Shown here: positions 49,008 to 56,657 of the stretch, in pieces
Layout: the number at the start of each line of letters is the position of its first letter
Numbering within the stretch: position 1 is the stretch's first letter
IMG/VR virus record: IMGVR_UViG_3300006115_000011
Coordinates: 1 to 56,657 of that record
DNA: 56,657 nucleotides
Reading direction: 5' to 3' (one strand)
Source: a virus
Taxonomy: Duplodnaviria > Caudoviricetes
Position numbers and translations under genes: made by a program
The notes under the pieces: generated by a model
Seen by the model: the letters and a program-made list of their open reading frames with translations, nothing else
Told to the model about the DNA's origin: nothing
Database searches by the model: none

Positions 49008-49699
49008 TGTCTATCCTTAGTTTGTTTCATACGTTTATAAAAATCTAACAACTCGCGCTGAAACCAGCCAAGTTTACCCACATCCTTTTCAGGATCATCT
49101 TTGTAACCAATACGACTACCATACTTAAATATAGAACCTTTAAGATAACCTCGATACTCTTCTGGCGTTAGCTTAGCTTTAATAAAATCAATAGTCTCTA
49201 TCCCACCTACTTTATAGTGGCTAGGGTTATTGACCATATCTTGTTCAACTTTTTTTGCTTCTTTAATTTCAACATGTCTTTCTTTGTGACAAGGATCACA
49301 TAGCCACCAAACTTCTAATGGCTTGTCGTAATTTTCATGATGGGCCACTGATCTTTCTTCACCGCAGCGCTCACAAGGTTGCTTGATTAGCGTGCCATCT
49401 TTTAAAGCTCTATGAACTTTTTGATGAGCTGCTGGCCTGCGCTTATCTGCATGTAACCAGTCATGTATGTAAGCAATCCTTTTTTTTCTTTTTGTAGGAT
49501 CTTTCATAACTTCCTTTGCATAATCACTTTGATATTTTCTATAAGCTACTCTATCTTTATTATGCATACTAATAACATAAGCAGATTGACATGGTTTACA
49601 TGATGTATTCAATCTATCTTTTGTTGTTTTATGCGCAGAAAATTCGCTAATAGGTTTAGAAATATTGCATTTTTTGCAAATTTTAAAATGGGAGGTCAT
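49004..49699 (-). CDS. HNH endonuclease fused to DUF3310 (T7 gp1.7-like nucleotide kinase domain)
   Basis: CKKC...CKPC, CERCG...AHHENY...WLCDPCH; C-terminal VNNPSHY..GGIETIDFI...KY..R..K. Confidence 0.8.
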   Translation of the reverse strand: MTSHFKICKKCNISKPISEFSAHKTTKDRLNTSCKPCQSAYVISMHNKDRVAYRKYQSDYAKEVMKDPTKRKKRIAYIHDWLHADKRRPAAHQKVHRALKDGTLIKQPCERCGEERSVAHHENYDKPLEVWWLCDPCHKERHVEIKEAKKVEQDMVNNPSHYKVGGIETIDFIKAKLTPEEYRGYLKGSIFKYGSRIGYKDDPEKDVGKLGWFQRELLDFYKRMKQTKDRQ

Positions 49700-50327
49700 T
49701 TTCCATGTCCTCAAAGTCAGCAGAATTTGCGCCTGACGCAACTTTTCCATGTAACCTTTCCCACTCTGGAGACATTCTAATTTTTTCTTTTAACTTATCT
49801 GAGAATGACTCAAACAATTCCATGTCAGCTTCATTGATGTCAAAAATCTTTAATTCATTAACACCTTCTGGCAAGCCTGCTTTTTTAATAGTAGGAAGCA
49901 CTGGCATGATTGTTGCTATATTAGTATAGTTATTTCCGTTTTGACCTTGACTAATAACAACAGACAACATTCCCCAAACACCTAATACATTTTTAATTTC
50001 AAATGTTTTTACTTCATCTGGTGTAAAAGGTTTGCCACGCCACGATTCTAAGTCTTTACGCAATGAAGACATTTCAGCAGTAGATAAGGTGTAAGTTTTA
50101 GAAAGTGATAATGGTTTGCCTTCGTTTGTTTTTGTTGGGTTACCATTTTCATCTTCTGAGTGAATTTCAAATTGAAACATTGCTTTATGTAAATGCTTAA
50201 CAACACCTTTATACTCAGACTTTTGCGTTCCTAAATCAATCACTCTATACAATCTAGCAAGATGTATGCCAGGTGGTACTTGCACAAAATCTTTACTATT
50301 ACTATTTCCAGTAGCTACTAAACTCAT
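49683..50327 (-). CDS. Putative single-stranded DNA-binding protein
   Basis: IDLGTQ...LRKDLESWRG motif; acidic C-terminal tail DFEDMENDLPF. Confidence 0.7.
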   Translation of the reverse strand: MSLVATGNSNSKDFVQVPPGIHLARLYRVIDLGTQKSEYKGVVKHLHKAMFQFEIHSEDENGNPTKTNEGKPLSLSKTYTLSTAEMSSLRKDLESWRGKPFTPDEVKTFEIKNVLGVWGMLSVVISQGQNGNNYTNIATIMPVLPTIKKAGLPEGVNELKIFDINEADMELFESFSDKLKEKIRMSPEWERLHGKVASGANSADFEDMENDLPF

Positions 50328-50511
50328 GTTTATCTCCTAAATTATCGTTAAATTTCACTTCCCTGGCTTCAACGGTTTGTAATCCGCATTCAAAGCGTAT
50401 CGTGTTCCAATCATCAGGGTTTGCAATGCCAGCTTCAGCTTTTTTCAAAGCTTCCAATAGCATCTGTTCTCGCTCTAGGTGGGCTTGGTGCCACATTGCT
50501 TGGCTATCCAT
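50302..50511 (-). CDS. Hypothetical protein
   Basis: Leftward operon; likely start MDSQ. Confidence 0.6.
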   Translation of the reverse strand: MDSQAMWHQAHLEREQMLLEALKKAEAGIANPDDWNTIRFECGLQTVEAREVKFNDNLGDKHEFSSYWK

Positions 50512-50683
50512 GTATGTATCCCATCGCAATTAAAGCAATGATTATGATGGATGTCCAAAATACCAAACGATCACCTAGATGAAAATTTCTTTTCTTACCT
50601 CCAAAGTATCTTTCATCTAATAAAGACTTTTGAAGTTGCTGCATATCTCTACTCATTCTTGTTTCAAAAGGATGCTTCACCAT
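50504..50683 (-). CDS. Small membrane protein, first leftward gene
   Basis: GGAGG SD before ATG 50683; C-terminal TM segment. Confidence 0.65.
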   Translation of the reverse strand: MVKHPFETRMSRDMQQLQKSLLDERYFGGKKRNFHLGDRLVFWTSIIIIALIAMGYIHG

Positions 50684-50695
50684 ATATACCTCCAA

Positions 50696-50833
50696 AAAAT
50701 TATAGGAAACTGAAATTTAACACGGTTAATTAAATATTGCAAACTTTTTAATTGTGTGTAATAGTTCGTTTTAACAGTTGGATAGATTATGATAGCTGTT
50801 GATATTTATTGACAACAATTGAAAGGATTTGAA
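50696..50833. promoter_or_regulatory. Divergent promoter region
   Basis: AT-rich gap between divergent operons; TTGCAA (50737) ... TG-TAATAG (-10-like). Confidence 0.55.
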
Positions 50834-51037
50834 ATGACATTATCAGAATATTTTGATAATAAACCATTAGGCTCTAAGCAGGATTTCGCTAAAGAGTTAG
50901 GTATTACTAGAACTTGGCTAGCTCTAATTATCAATGGCCAAAAGACACCTAGCCCTACATTAGCAATACAAATTCACGCCTTGACTAAAGGTAAAGTAAA
51001 TAAAAAAGTTTTACGTCCAGATATTTTTGCTGTATAG
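50834..51037 (+). CDS. Cro/YdaS-like HTH regulator
   Basis: FAKELGITRTWL...GQKTPS...TKGKV...LRPDIF. Confidence 0.85.
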   Translation: MTLSEYFDNKPLGSKQDFAKELGITRTWLALIINGQKTPSPTLAIQIHALTKGKVNKKVLRPDIFAV

Positions 51038-51045
51038 GAGCAACT

Positions 51046-51702
51046 ATGCTTTGGTATAAGTTTGATGTTAAAGATTACTTGTTCGACACGCTTCATTTGC
51101 CTGATGCGCATGATCTAGCTTATAGACGTCTCATAGATTACTACTATATGAATGAAGGACCTATACCATTAGATGTAAATATGGTGTCCAGAAAGATTCG
51201 TATTGATTTAGATATCGTTGAAGACGTATTAAGAGAATTCTTTACTTATACAGATCAAGGTTATCGACATAAACGTTGCGATGATGAGTTATTTAAATAT
51301 TTAGGAAATGCTAATAACTCAAGAACGAATGGATCGAAGGGCGGAAGACCACCGAAAACAGCGGAAGAAAACCCAGCAGGTTCCCAGCAGGAACCCAGCA
51401 GTAACCTTAATAAGAATAAGAATAAGAATAAGAAAGAACATTCTGCAAAATTCGAAGAATTTTGGTCTACATGGCCATCTAGTAAAAGAAAAGTCGGTAA
51501 GGATGCTGTTTGGAAAAAATGGGATGATGGTGACCTAGATGAAATCTCGGACAAAATTATTAGTCATGTAAAGATTCTAAAGGTTTCTCAACAATGGCTT
51601 GAAGGATGGGAACCAGCGCCTTTGACGTACATTAATCAAAAACGTTGGTTGGATGGCGATACTGGATATGTTGATCCTACAGGCGGAAGAAGAACTATAT
51701 GA
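51046..51702 (+). CDS. Replication initiator (YdaU/DUF1376, lambda O-like)
   Basis: DYLFDTLHL...AYRRLIDYYY, NGSKGGRP, FEEFWSTWP...KVGK, PLTYINQKRW. Confidence 0.85.
   Translation: MLWYKFDVKDYLFDTLHLPDAHDLAYRRLIDYYYMNEGPIPLDVNMVSRKIRIDLDIVEDVLREFFTYTDQGYRHKRCDDELFKYLGNANNSRTNGSKGGRPPKTAEENPAGSQQEPSSNLNKNKNKNKKEHSAKFEEFWSTWPSSKRKVGKDAVWKKWDDGDLDEISDKIISHVKILKVSQQWLEGWEPAPLTYINQKRWLDGDTGYVDPTGGRRTI
51369..51432. repeat. Putative replication origin: three 11-bp CCCAGCAG iterons followed by (AATAAG)x4
   Basis: CCCAGCAG at 51372, 51383 and 51394 inside the initiator gene, then an A-rich repeat, as in lambdoid ori. Confidence 0.7.
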
Positions 51703-52052
51703 GAGGTGCAAAAGAACTTACTGCTTTACGTGTAGAAGGACTTAAACCTGATTGGCTTAGAGTGTTTGTTGGTGAAGGTGACTACATGTCAGGTGAATGG
51801 TATAAATGGCGCGAGACAATTAAAGATCCATGTGTAGATATTGAAGATGATGATGACATTGGATTGATAGATTTTAGATTTGTAGTTGGCCTAGAAGTGA
51901 TATTGACTGGCAGTAATCCAGATAGATTATTGGCCGTATATGAAAAGATGACTAAATATAATCCAAGACGATTAATTCTATTTCATTCAAACGAAGATCA
52001 ATCAGTTGAAATATTAGATAACAGGGGAATATTAAGTGGAATACTTGAATGA
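51699..52052 (+). CDS. Hypothetical protein between initiator and helicase
   Basis: ATGA overlap; DFRFVVGLEV motif. Confidence 0.7.
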   Translation: MRGAKELTALRVEGLKPDWLRVFVGEGDYMSGEWYKWRETIKDPCVDIEDDDDIGLIDFRFVVGLEVILTGSNPDRLLAVYEKMTKYNPRRLILFHSNEDQSVEILDNRGILSGILE

Positions 52053-52992
52053 AGATGAAGTAGATTTTAAAGCGTATCTTAAAGCTACTGAGACACAAGA
52101 AAAGGTACGTGAAGCCAAAGTATTTATTGGAAAACTTAAGGACGAATATCTTAACCCTAAAAGTATAGTTCGCATCGGTATGCCATGGCCTAAAACTTTA
52201 GGATCGTTTGAATTTAGGTTAGGTGAAGTTACTGTATATGCTGGCAGCAATGGCGGTGGTAAATCATTAGTGACTGGCCAAATAGCATTGGGTTTAGTTA
52301 AACAAGGCCAAAAAGTTTGTTTGATGTCTTTTGAGATGAAACCTGAAAGAACATTGCGACGTATGTTAAGACAATTTTATGGTGATAACTTAGATAATCC
52401 TTTTTTATCTGACAAGATTAAAGTTATTGGAAATCTTATGCCAAGATTTGAAAGTTTTACTGATAAGAAAATGTGGCTATATGATCAACAAGGCACTGTA
52501 AGTTCTAATCAAGTTATAGCAGTGGCTAGATATTGTGCGGTTGAGTTGAAGATAGAACATATATTTATTGACTCATTAATGAAATGTGTACGTAGCGAAG
52601 ATGATTACAACGAACAAAAATATTTTGTGGATGAGTTAACAGCTTTAGCAAGAGATCATAACGTGCATATACATTTAGTGCATCATATTCGTAAGTTAGT
52701 TAGTGAAGAAGTTATGCCAAACAAAAAAGATGTACGCGGTGCATCAGCAATTGCAGATATGGTGGATAACGTATTCTTGGTACATAGAAACAAAGCTAAA
52801 GAGATGCAAATTAAAAAGGGTGAAAATCCTGAAACATTAAAATCTAAGCCTGATACTTTTTTAATGTGTGAAAAGCAACGTAATGGAGAGAGTGAAGAGT
52901 GGTATGAGTTATGGTATCACAAAGATAGTCAACAGTTTTTAGATGGTGCAGACAGCGTGCCTATGGCATTCGATGTAGCTGGTAAGTTTTAA
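52036..52992 (+). CDS. DnaB-like (SF4) replicative helicase
   Basis: GSNGGGKS, SFEM, FIDSL, HHIRK, RGASAIADMVDN, KQRNG. Confidence 0.92.
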   Translation: MEYLNEDEVDFKAYLKATETQEKVREAKVFIGKLKDEYLNPKSIVRIGMPWPKTLGSFEFRLGEVTVYAGSNGGGKSLVTGQIALGLVKQGQKVCLMSFEMKPERTLRRMLRQFYGDNLDNPFLSDKIKVIGNLMPRFESFTDKKMWLYDQQGTVSSNQVIAVARYCAVELKIEHIFIDSLMKCVRSEDDYNEQKYFVDELTALARDHNVHIHLVHHIRKLVSEEVMPNKKDVRGASAIADMVDNVFLVHRNKAKEMQIKKGENPETLKSKPDTFLMCEKQRNGESEEWYELWYHKDSQQFLDGADSVPMAFDVAGKF

Positions 52993-53225
52993 TGGCTTTA
53001 AATTTTGTAACTATTCCTGGAGTTGATCCAGGCAATTGTAGTAAGGAATATCTCTATCAATGTTTAGTTCGAGATCTAATTAAGAAACGCATTGCGAATA
53101 GAGACGCAGCATTTGAGTTTTTAGCTAAGTGGGAAATGAGTCATAAACAATCAACCCTAAGGGAGGACGTAATGAAACAATGGAAGAAAGGTAACAGAGG
53201 AAAGGATGGTGAATGGTATGAGTGA
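52992..53225 (+). CDS. Hypothetical protein (77 aa)
   Basis: QCLVR...QWKKGNRG pattern; coupled to the helicase gene. Confidence 0.7.
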   Translation: MALNFVTIPGVDPGNCSKEYLYQCLVRDLIKKRIANRDAAFEFLAKWEMSHKQSTLREDVMKQWKKGNRGKDGEWYE

Positions 53226-53505
53226 TCCAATGGAATTAACTAAGCAATTGGCTAATGCATTGGAAGCTGTTATCGAAACCTACGATCCTAATGATGACAA
53301 TCTTGAGAATGCAGCTAATGTTGCATATGCTCAAAATATGTTAATGACGGTTCAAAAAGAAATTGAGAATTATAGAACTCAACCGTTGCCAGAAGATGTG
53401 CTTTGGCAATTAGCTGAGAAACATATAAATACTCATAATCAAATGTATCCGATACAGTTTGCAAGAGCAATTGAAGAACAACACGGAATAGGAGTTAAAA
53501 TATGA
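53218..53505 (+). CDS. Hypothetical protein
   Basis: FARAIE..HGI C-terminal motif. Confidence 0.65.
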   Translation: MSDPMELTKQLANALEAVIETYDPNDDNLENAANVAYAQNMLMTVQKEIENYRTQPLPEDVLWQLAEKHINTHNQMYPIQFARAIEEQHGIGVKI

Positions 53506-53771
53506 GTGACGCAGCAGATGCAAAGTTTGATAGCGATTTTGCAAAAATATTTATGGGTAAAACAATTCCACACAAGGATCCTGATACGGTGCCTTTGGAA
53601 TTCCATAATAACGAAATGAATGCAGTAATGACTATTGCGAAAGCAACTGTTGAAGCTGCAATTCTAGAAGAGCGTAATCAGTGTGCATTAATTGCTGAAG
53701 AGCTTAAAAGTGATGAGATAGCAAAAGCTATACGTAATCGTATCCCATCACAGTCAGTGCATTTAAACTGA
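53502..53771 (+). CDS. Hypothetical protein
   Basis: SD AGGAG; ERNQCA...IAKAIR motif. Confidence 0.7.
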   Translation: MSDAADAKFDSDFAKIFMGKTIPHKDPDTVPLEFHNNEMNAVMTIAKATVEAAILEERNQCALIAEELKSDEIAKAIRNRIPSQSVHLN

Positions 53772-54157
53772 TGATATCTATTACTTTACCTTTTCCGCCA
53801 TCGGTAAATACTTATTGGCGCAACTTTAATGGCCGTATGTTAATAAGTGCTAAAGGTAGAGAGTATAGAAAAGAAGTAGGTTATCGAGTGTTGATGCAAA
53901 AAGCTAACAAGCATTTTGATAGTAACTTAAAAGTTACCATTGAAGCATTTAGACCTGATAACAGAAGAAGGGATTTAGACAATCTACTTAAAGCTCCTCT
54001 CGATGCGTTAACGCACGCAGGTGTATTCAAAGACGATGAGCTTATCGTAGATTTAAGAATCTATTGGGCGCCAAAACAAACCAGTGGTTATTTACAAATC
54101 ACAATTGAGGAGATAGAAAATGATGTACAAAGGAAGAGATCCACACAAAGCAGTTGA
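53771..54157 (+). CDS. rusA: RusA-family Holliday junction resolvase
   Basis: PFPPSVNTYWR, RRDLDNLLKAPLDAL, DDELI. Confidence 0.92.
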   Translation: MISITLPFPPSVNTYWRNFNGRMLISAKGREYRKEVGYRVLMQKANKHFDSNLKVTIEAFRPDNRRRDLDNLLKAPLDALTHAGVFKDDELIVDLRIYWAPKQTSGYLQITIEEIENDVQRKRSTQSS

Positions 54158-54455
54158 TTGGATGATGGACAATGTTGAAAACATATCCAAATCAAAAGCA
54201 CAACTTACACAGCTTGAAGAGTATACAAAATCTTTACGAGCTATTCTTATGAAACAAAGCCTAGAAAATTCTATAGGCGCACAAGAGCGTGAAGCATTAG
54301 CGCATCCTGAATACATAGCGCATCAACAAGCTGTATCAGCAGCCGTAGAAGAATACGAAAAGCTTAGACACTATTACTCAATAGCACAAACTGTTATTGA
54401 TGTATGGCGTACAGAACAATCAAACTTAAGAGCTGAAGGAAGGGTGACAATATAA
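54120..54455 (+). CDS. Conserved helical phage protein
   Basis: GAGGAG SD; AQEREALAHPEY...IDVWRT motif. Confidence 0.7.
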   Translation: MMYKGRDPHKAVDWMMDNVENISKSKAQLTQLEEYTKSLRAILMKQSLENSIGAQEREALAHPEYIAHQQAVSAAVEEYEKLRHYYSIAQTVIDVWRTEQSNLRAEGRVTI

Positions 54456-54679
54456 TGGCTAAATATAAATTAAAGATGCAAGAATTAGATTTTAAAAATA
54501 CAGTAGAGTTTGAAGCTGAAGGATTAGAAGATGTAATTGCTAACATTGAAATTTTTTTAAAGGGCAATGGATTTTTCTTTGATGGTAAATTGGATATTCA
54601 TTCAGGAGAAATAGAAATGAACTCTATGCATCGTAAATACACAGCCAATTTTATTCGAGAGGAAAATGATAATGACTGA
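54455..54679 (+). CDS. Hypothetical protein
   Basis: EFEA..LEDVI..IEIFLKGNGF motif. Confidence 0.7.
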   Translation: MAKYKLKMQELDFKNTVEFEAEGLEDVIANIEIFLKGNGFFFDGKLDIHSGEIEMNSMHRKYTANFIREENDND

Positions 54680-54857
54680 ATTAAGATGGCTTGAAAAAAC
54701 TAACGGCGAATTGGTTTTGCAATTCTTACGTGACGGATCATGGATTAATGTTACAAAAGAAAAAGAAAAAACAGCAAAAGCAAAACGTGCTGCACTGGAT
54801 GAAATAGAAGATGAAATTATTACTAGAGCATGCCCACGCGGTGTGTGTGAGGATTAA
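54672..54857 (+). CDS. Hypothetical protein
   Basis: GAGG SD; ELRWL...VLQ. Confidence 0.6.
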   Translation: MTELRWLEKTNGELVLQFLRDGSWINVTKEKEKTAKAKRAALDEIEDEIITRACPRGVCED

Positions 54858-54858
54858 T

Positions 54859-55080
54859 ATGAGCTTCTATGAAAAGATTGTTAATAGCATTCATGAATAC
54901 AATCAAACAAAATCAAAACTCAATACTATTAAAGTTGAGATGGTTAAGCTTGCAGTTGAAGCTGGTTGCGATCAAGAGTATGCAATGAAAAGCAACATTG
55001 TGGATTGGCTTGATGGATTTTTAGTAGCGCATGGTTATATACCAGAACACAGGAGAAAGAAAAATGAAGAAACTATGTAG
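54859..55080 (+). CDS. Hypothetical protein
   Basis: GAGG SD before ATG 54859. Confidence 0.6.
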   Translation: MSFYEKIVNSIHEYNQTKSKLNTIKVEMVKLAVEAGCDQEYAMKSNIVDWLDGFLVAHGYIPEHRRKKNEETM

Positions 55081-55369
55081 TATTGCTTTACTTAGTATAA
55101 GCTGGGTATTTGTTTTATTTTTATTTTTATCTTCAATATCAGCTCATGCAGATGAATGGTATACAGTTGATAAAGATCAAAATGTAATTGTTGTCACTGA
55201 GTTAAGATGTCCAAATAAATCTTATTTGAATTATGCTTACAAGAGAACTTCAAACGGCAATCGTGTAGATGGATGCTGGGCTATTGTAGATCAATTGGCT
55301 CACGTTGTTTTTTACGGAAAGCCTGAAGCAACATTTCAACTAAATACTTTTAAAAAGATTAAGAGCTAA
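55064..55369 (+). CDS. Exported/periplasmic protein
   Basis: MKK + hydrophobic stretch + AHA signal peptide; C...GCW pair. Confidence 0.65.
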   Translation: MKKLCSIALLSISWVFVLFLFLSSISAHADEWYTVDKDQNVIVVTELRCPNKSYLNYAYKRTSNGNRVDGCWAIVDQLAHVVFYGKPEATFQLNTFKKIKS

Positions 55370-55371
55370 CT

Positions 55372-56028
55372 ATGACAACTGAAAACAAAAATTTTGACGA
55401 GATTGTATTGTTTAAAACATCTGTATTTGCAAGGCCATCTAAAGAATATCTGGATCTAGTTATCAAGGTATCTTCAAAGCCTGAATATCATTCTGAAGTG
55501 TACGATGGAAGCAAAGATCCAGTGGAACACAAGACTGAAATGTCTGGAAACTTTTTTCACGATGAAGAGCTTTCACCATTTTCTCAGTTTGTAGTGCAAT
55601 CAGCTTGGGATATTTTGCAATATCAGGGTTATGCAATGAAATACTACAATACATTCTTTGAGTCTATGTGGTTACAAAATCATGGCCACGATTCATTTAT
55701 GGCCCAGCACGTTCATAGCAATCCAGTGCAAATTGTTGGGTTTTATTTTACTGAGATAGATTCAAACTCATCAAAGCTATTGCTGCACGATCCAAGACCA
55801 GCTAAGGTTCAAACAGACTTACAAGAAGAAGATAATACTAAAGCAACCAGCGCAAGCAGAACAATTGTATTAACACCTAACGTAGGTGATCTAATATTAG
55901 CTCCAGCTTGGTTATCTCATTCTTTTAGTTATAACCAGTCAGACAAACAAATGAAGTTTGTGCATATCAATATTGGTGTTAAAGTAGCGGATCAACAACC
56001 TCAATGTAAAGCACCTGAAATTATATGA
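55372..56028 (+). CDS. 2OG-Fe(II) oxygenase (TIGR02466-like)
   Basis: HVH...GFYF...LHDPRP...GDLILAPAWLSH. Confidence 0.85.
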   Translation: MTTENKNFDEIVLFKTSVFARPSKEYLDLVIKVSSKPEYHSEVYDGSKDPVEHKTEMSGNFFHDEELSPFSQFVVQSAWDILQYQGYAMKYYNTFFESMWLQNHGHDSFMAQHVHSNPVQIVGFYFTEIDSNSSKLLLHDPRPAKVQTDLQEEDNTKATSASRTIVLTPNVGDLILAPAWLSHSFSYNQSDKQMKFVHINIGVKVADQQPQCKAPEII

Positions 56029-56252
56029 ACAAATATTTAATACGATTTAATAAGTCGCGCGGACAAGAAGGGCGCGGAACTCCAGAACATGCATGGCGCG
56101 TATTTGAAAATGGCAAAGAGTTTTTATGTAAAAATGTAAAGCTTTTTGTAAGCTCATACAGCCAGACAGACGGAGTTGACTGGAACATAGCATGCGAGGG
56201 AAGAATGGTTATTGATAAAGAAACATCAACAATAAGTATTCATCATGACTAA
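56025..56252 (+). CDS. Hypothetical protein
   Basis: YLIRFNKSRG...WRVFENG...WNIACEG; coupled to the oxygenase gene. Confidence 0.7.
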   Translation: MNKYLIRFNKSRGQEGRGTPEHAWRVFENGKEFLCKNVKLFVSSYSQTDGVDWNIACEGRMVIDKETSTISIHHD

Positions 56253-56532
56253 GGATGAGAAAAAGCATCTTTCTAAGCTTGCTGATCTTGGTTGTATTTT
56301 GTGCGCAGTACAAGGTAACTCAGGCACGCCAGCAGAGATACACCATCCTAGATCAGGTACAGGTATGGCCATGAAGGCAAGCCATTGGGATGCAATACCT
56401 TTATGCGTATATCATCATAGATCATCTGAAGGATTGCATGGCTTGGGTACGCGTGGCTTTAAACGCCAATACAATTTAGATGAAGCAGAGTTACTTATAT
56501 TAACTAAGAAAGCATTGGAGCTGAAACAATGA
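56245..56532 (+). CDS. Ref-like (recombination enhancement) HNH nuclease
   Basis: GCILC...AEIHH..G.GM...IPLC..HH...GLH. Confidence 0.8.
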   Translation: MTKDEKKHLSKLADLGCILCAVQGNSGTPAEIHHPRSGTGMAMKASHWDAIPLCVYHHRSSEGLHGLGTRGFKRQYNLDEAELLILTKKALELKQ

Positions 56533-56657
56533 AATTGACTAGAAAACAAAAAATGAATCTAATAGAAGGAAAGCTTGAATTAAGTATGTTGCAATTTCAT
56601 GCAAGTTTACCTTGGATTGTAAGAAAACTATTTAGTAAACAAGCTTTAGATTGGTAT
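56529..56657 (+). CDS. Hypothetical protein, 3'-truncated
   Basis: ATGA overlap; open to the window end. Confidence 0.5.
   Translation, partial: MKLTRKQKMNLIEGKLELSMLQFHASLPWIVRKLFSKQALDWY

Noticed and set aside
1-56657. Apparent abundance of GATC and GGCC sites; possible tRNA genes
   Set aside because: Site frequency cannot be quantified by eye (needs observed/expected k-mer counts), and no tRNA cloverleaf was seen in the intergenic gaps.

Overview
Near-complete genome segment of a tailed dsDNA bacteriophage (Caudoviricetes), probably lytic, with podovirus-like architecture. It has terS/terL, a long portal, GroES, scaffold, HK97-fold capsid, adaptor/nozzle, many fibre genes, a lysis cassette and ejection proteins, plus a lambdoid-type divergent early/replication region (Cro-like HTH, YdaU/DUF1376 initiator, DnaB-like helicase, RusA). 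No integrase, cI repressor, DNA/RNA polymerase, tRNA or CRISPR array is visible. A phage-borne pqqA (967-1038, too short for the ORF track) points to a Methylophilaceae (methylotroph) host. Most notable observations: (1) a recurring [YFMHLK]-[AK]-x-G-G motif punctuates at least five late proteins, often at module junctions, suggesting a polyprotein processing or tagging system; (2) a textbook -1 frameshift cassette in the KKGG-rich protein whose shifted product ends in the same GGKC C-terminus as the full-length protein; (3) a tail fibre built by Russian-doll nested domain insertion; (4) overlapping genes inside the DNA methylase (M.EcoHK31I beta-like) and inside the portal (SD-led membrane peptide); (5) a second iteron-like array upstream of terS; (6) Cys in Asp-like positions in ejection proteins. 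Family assignments come from motif recognition by eye, not from database searches.
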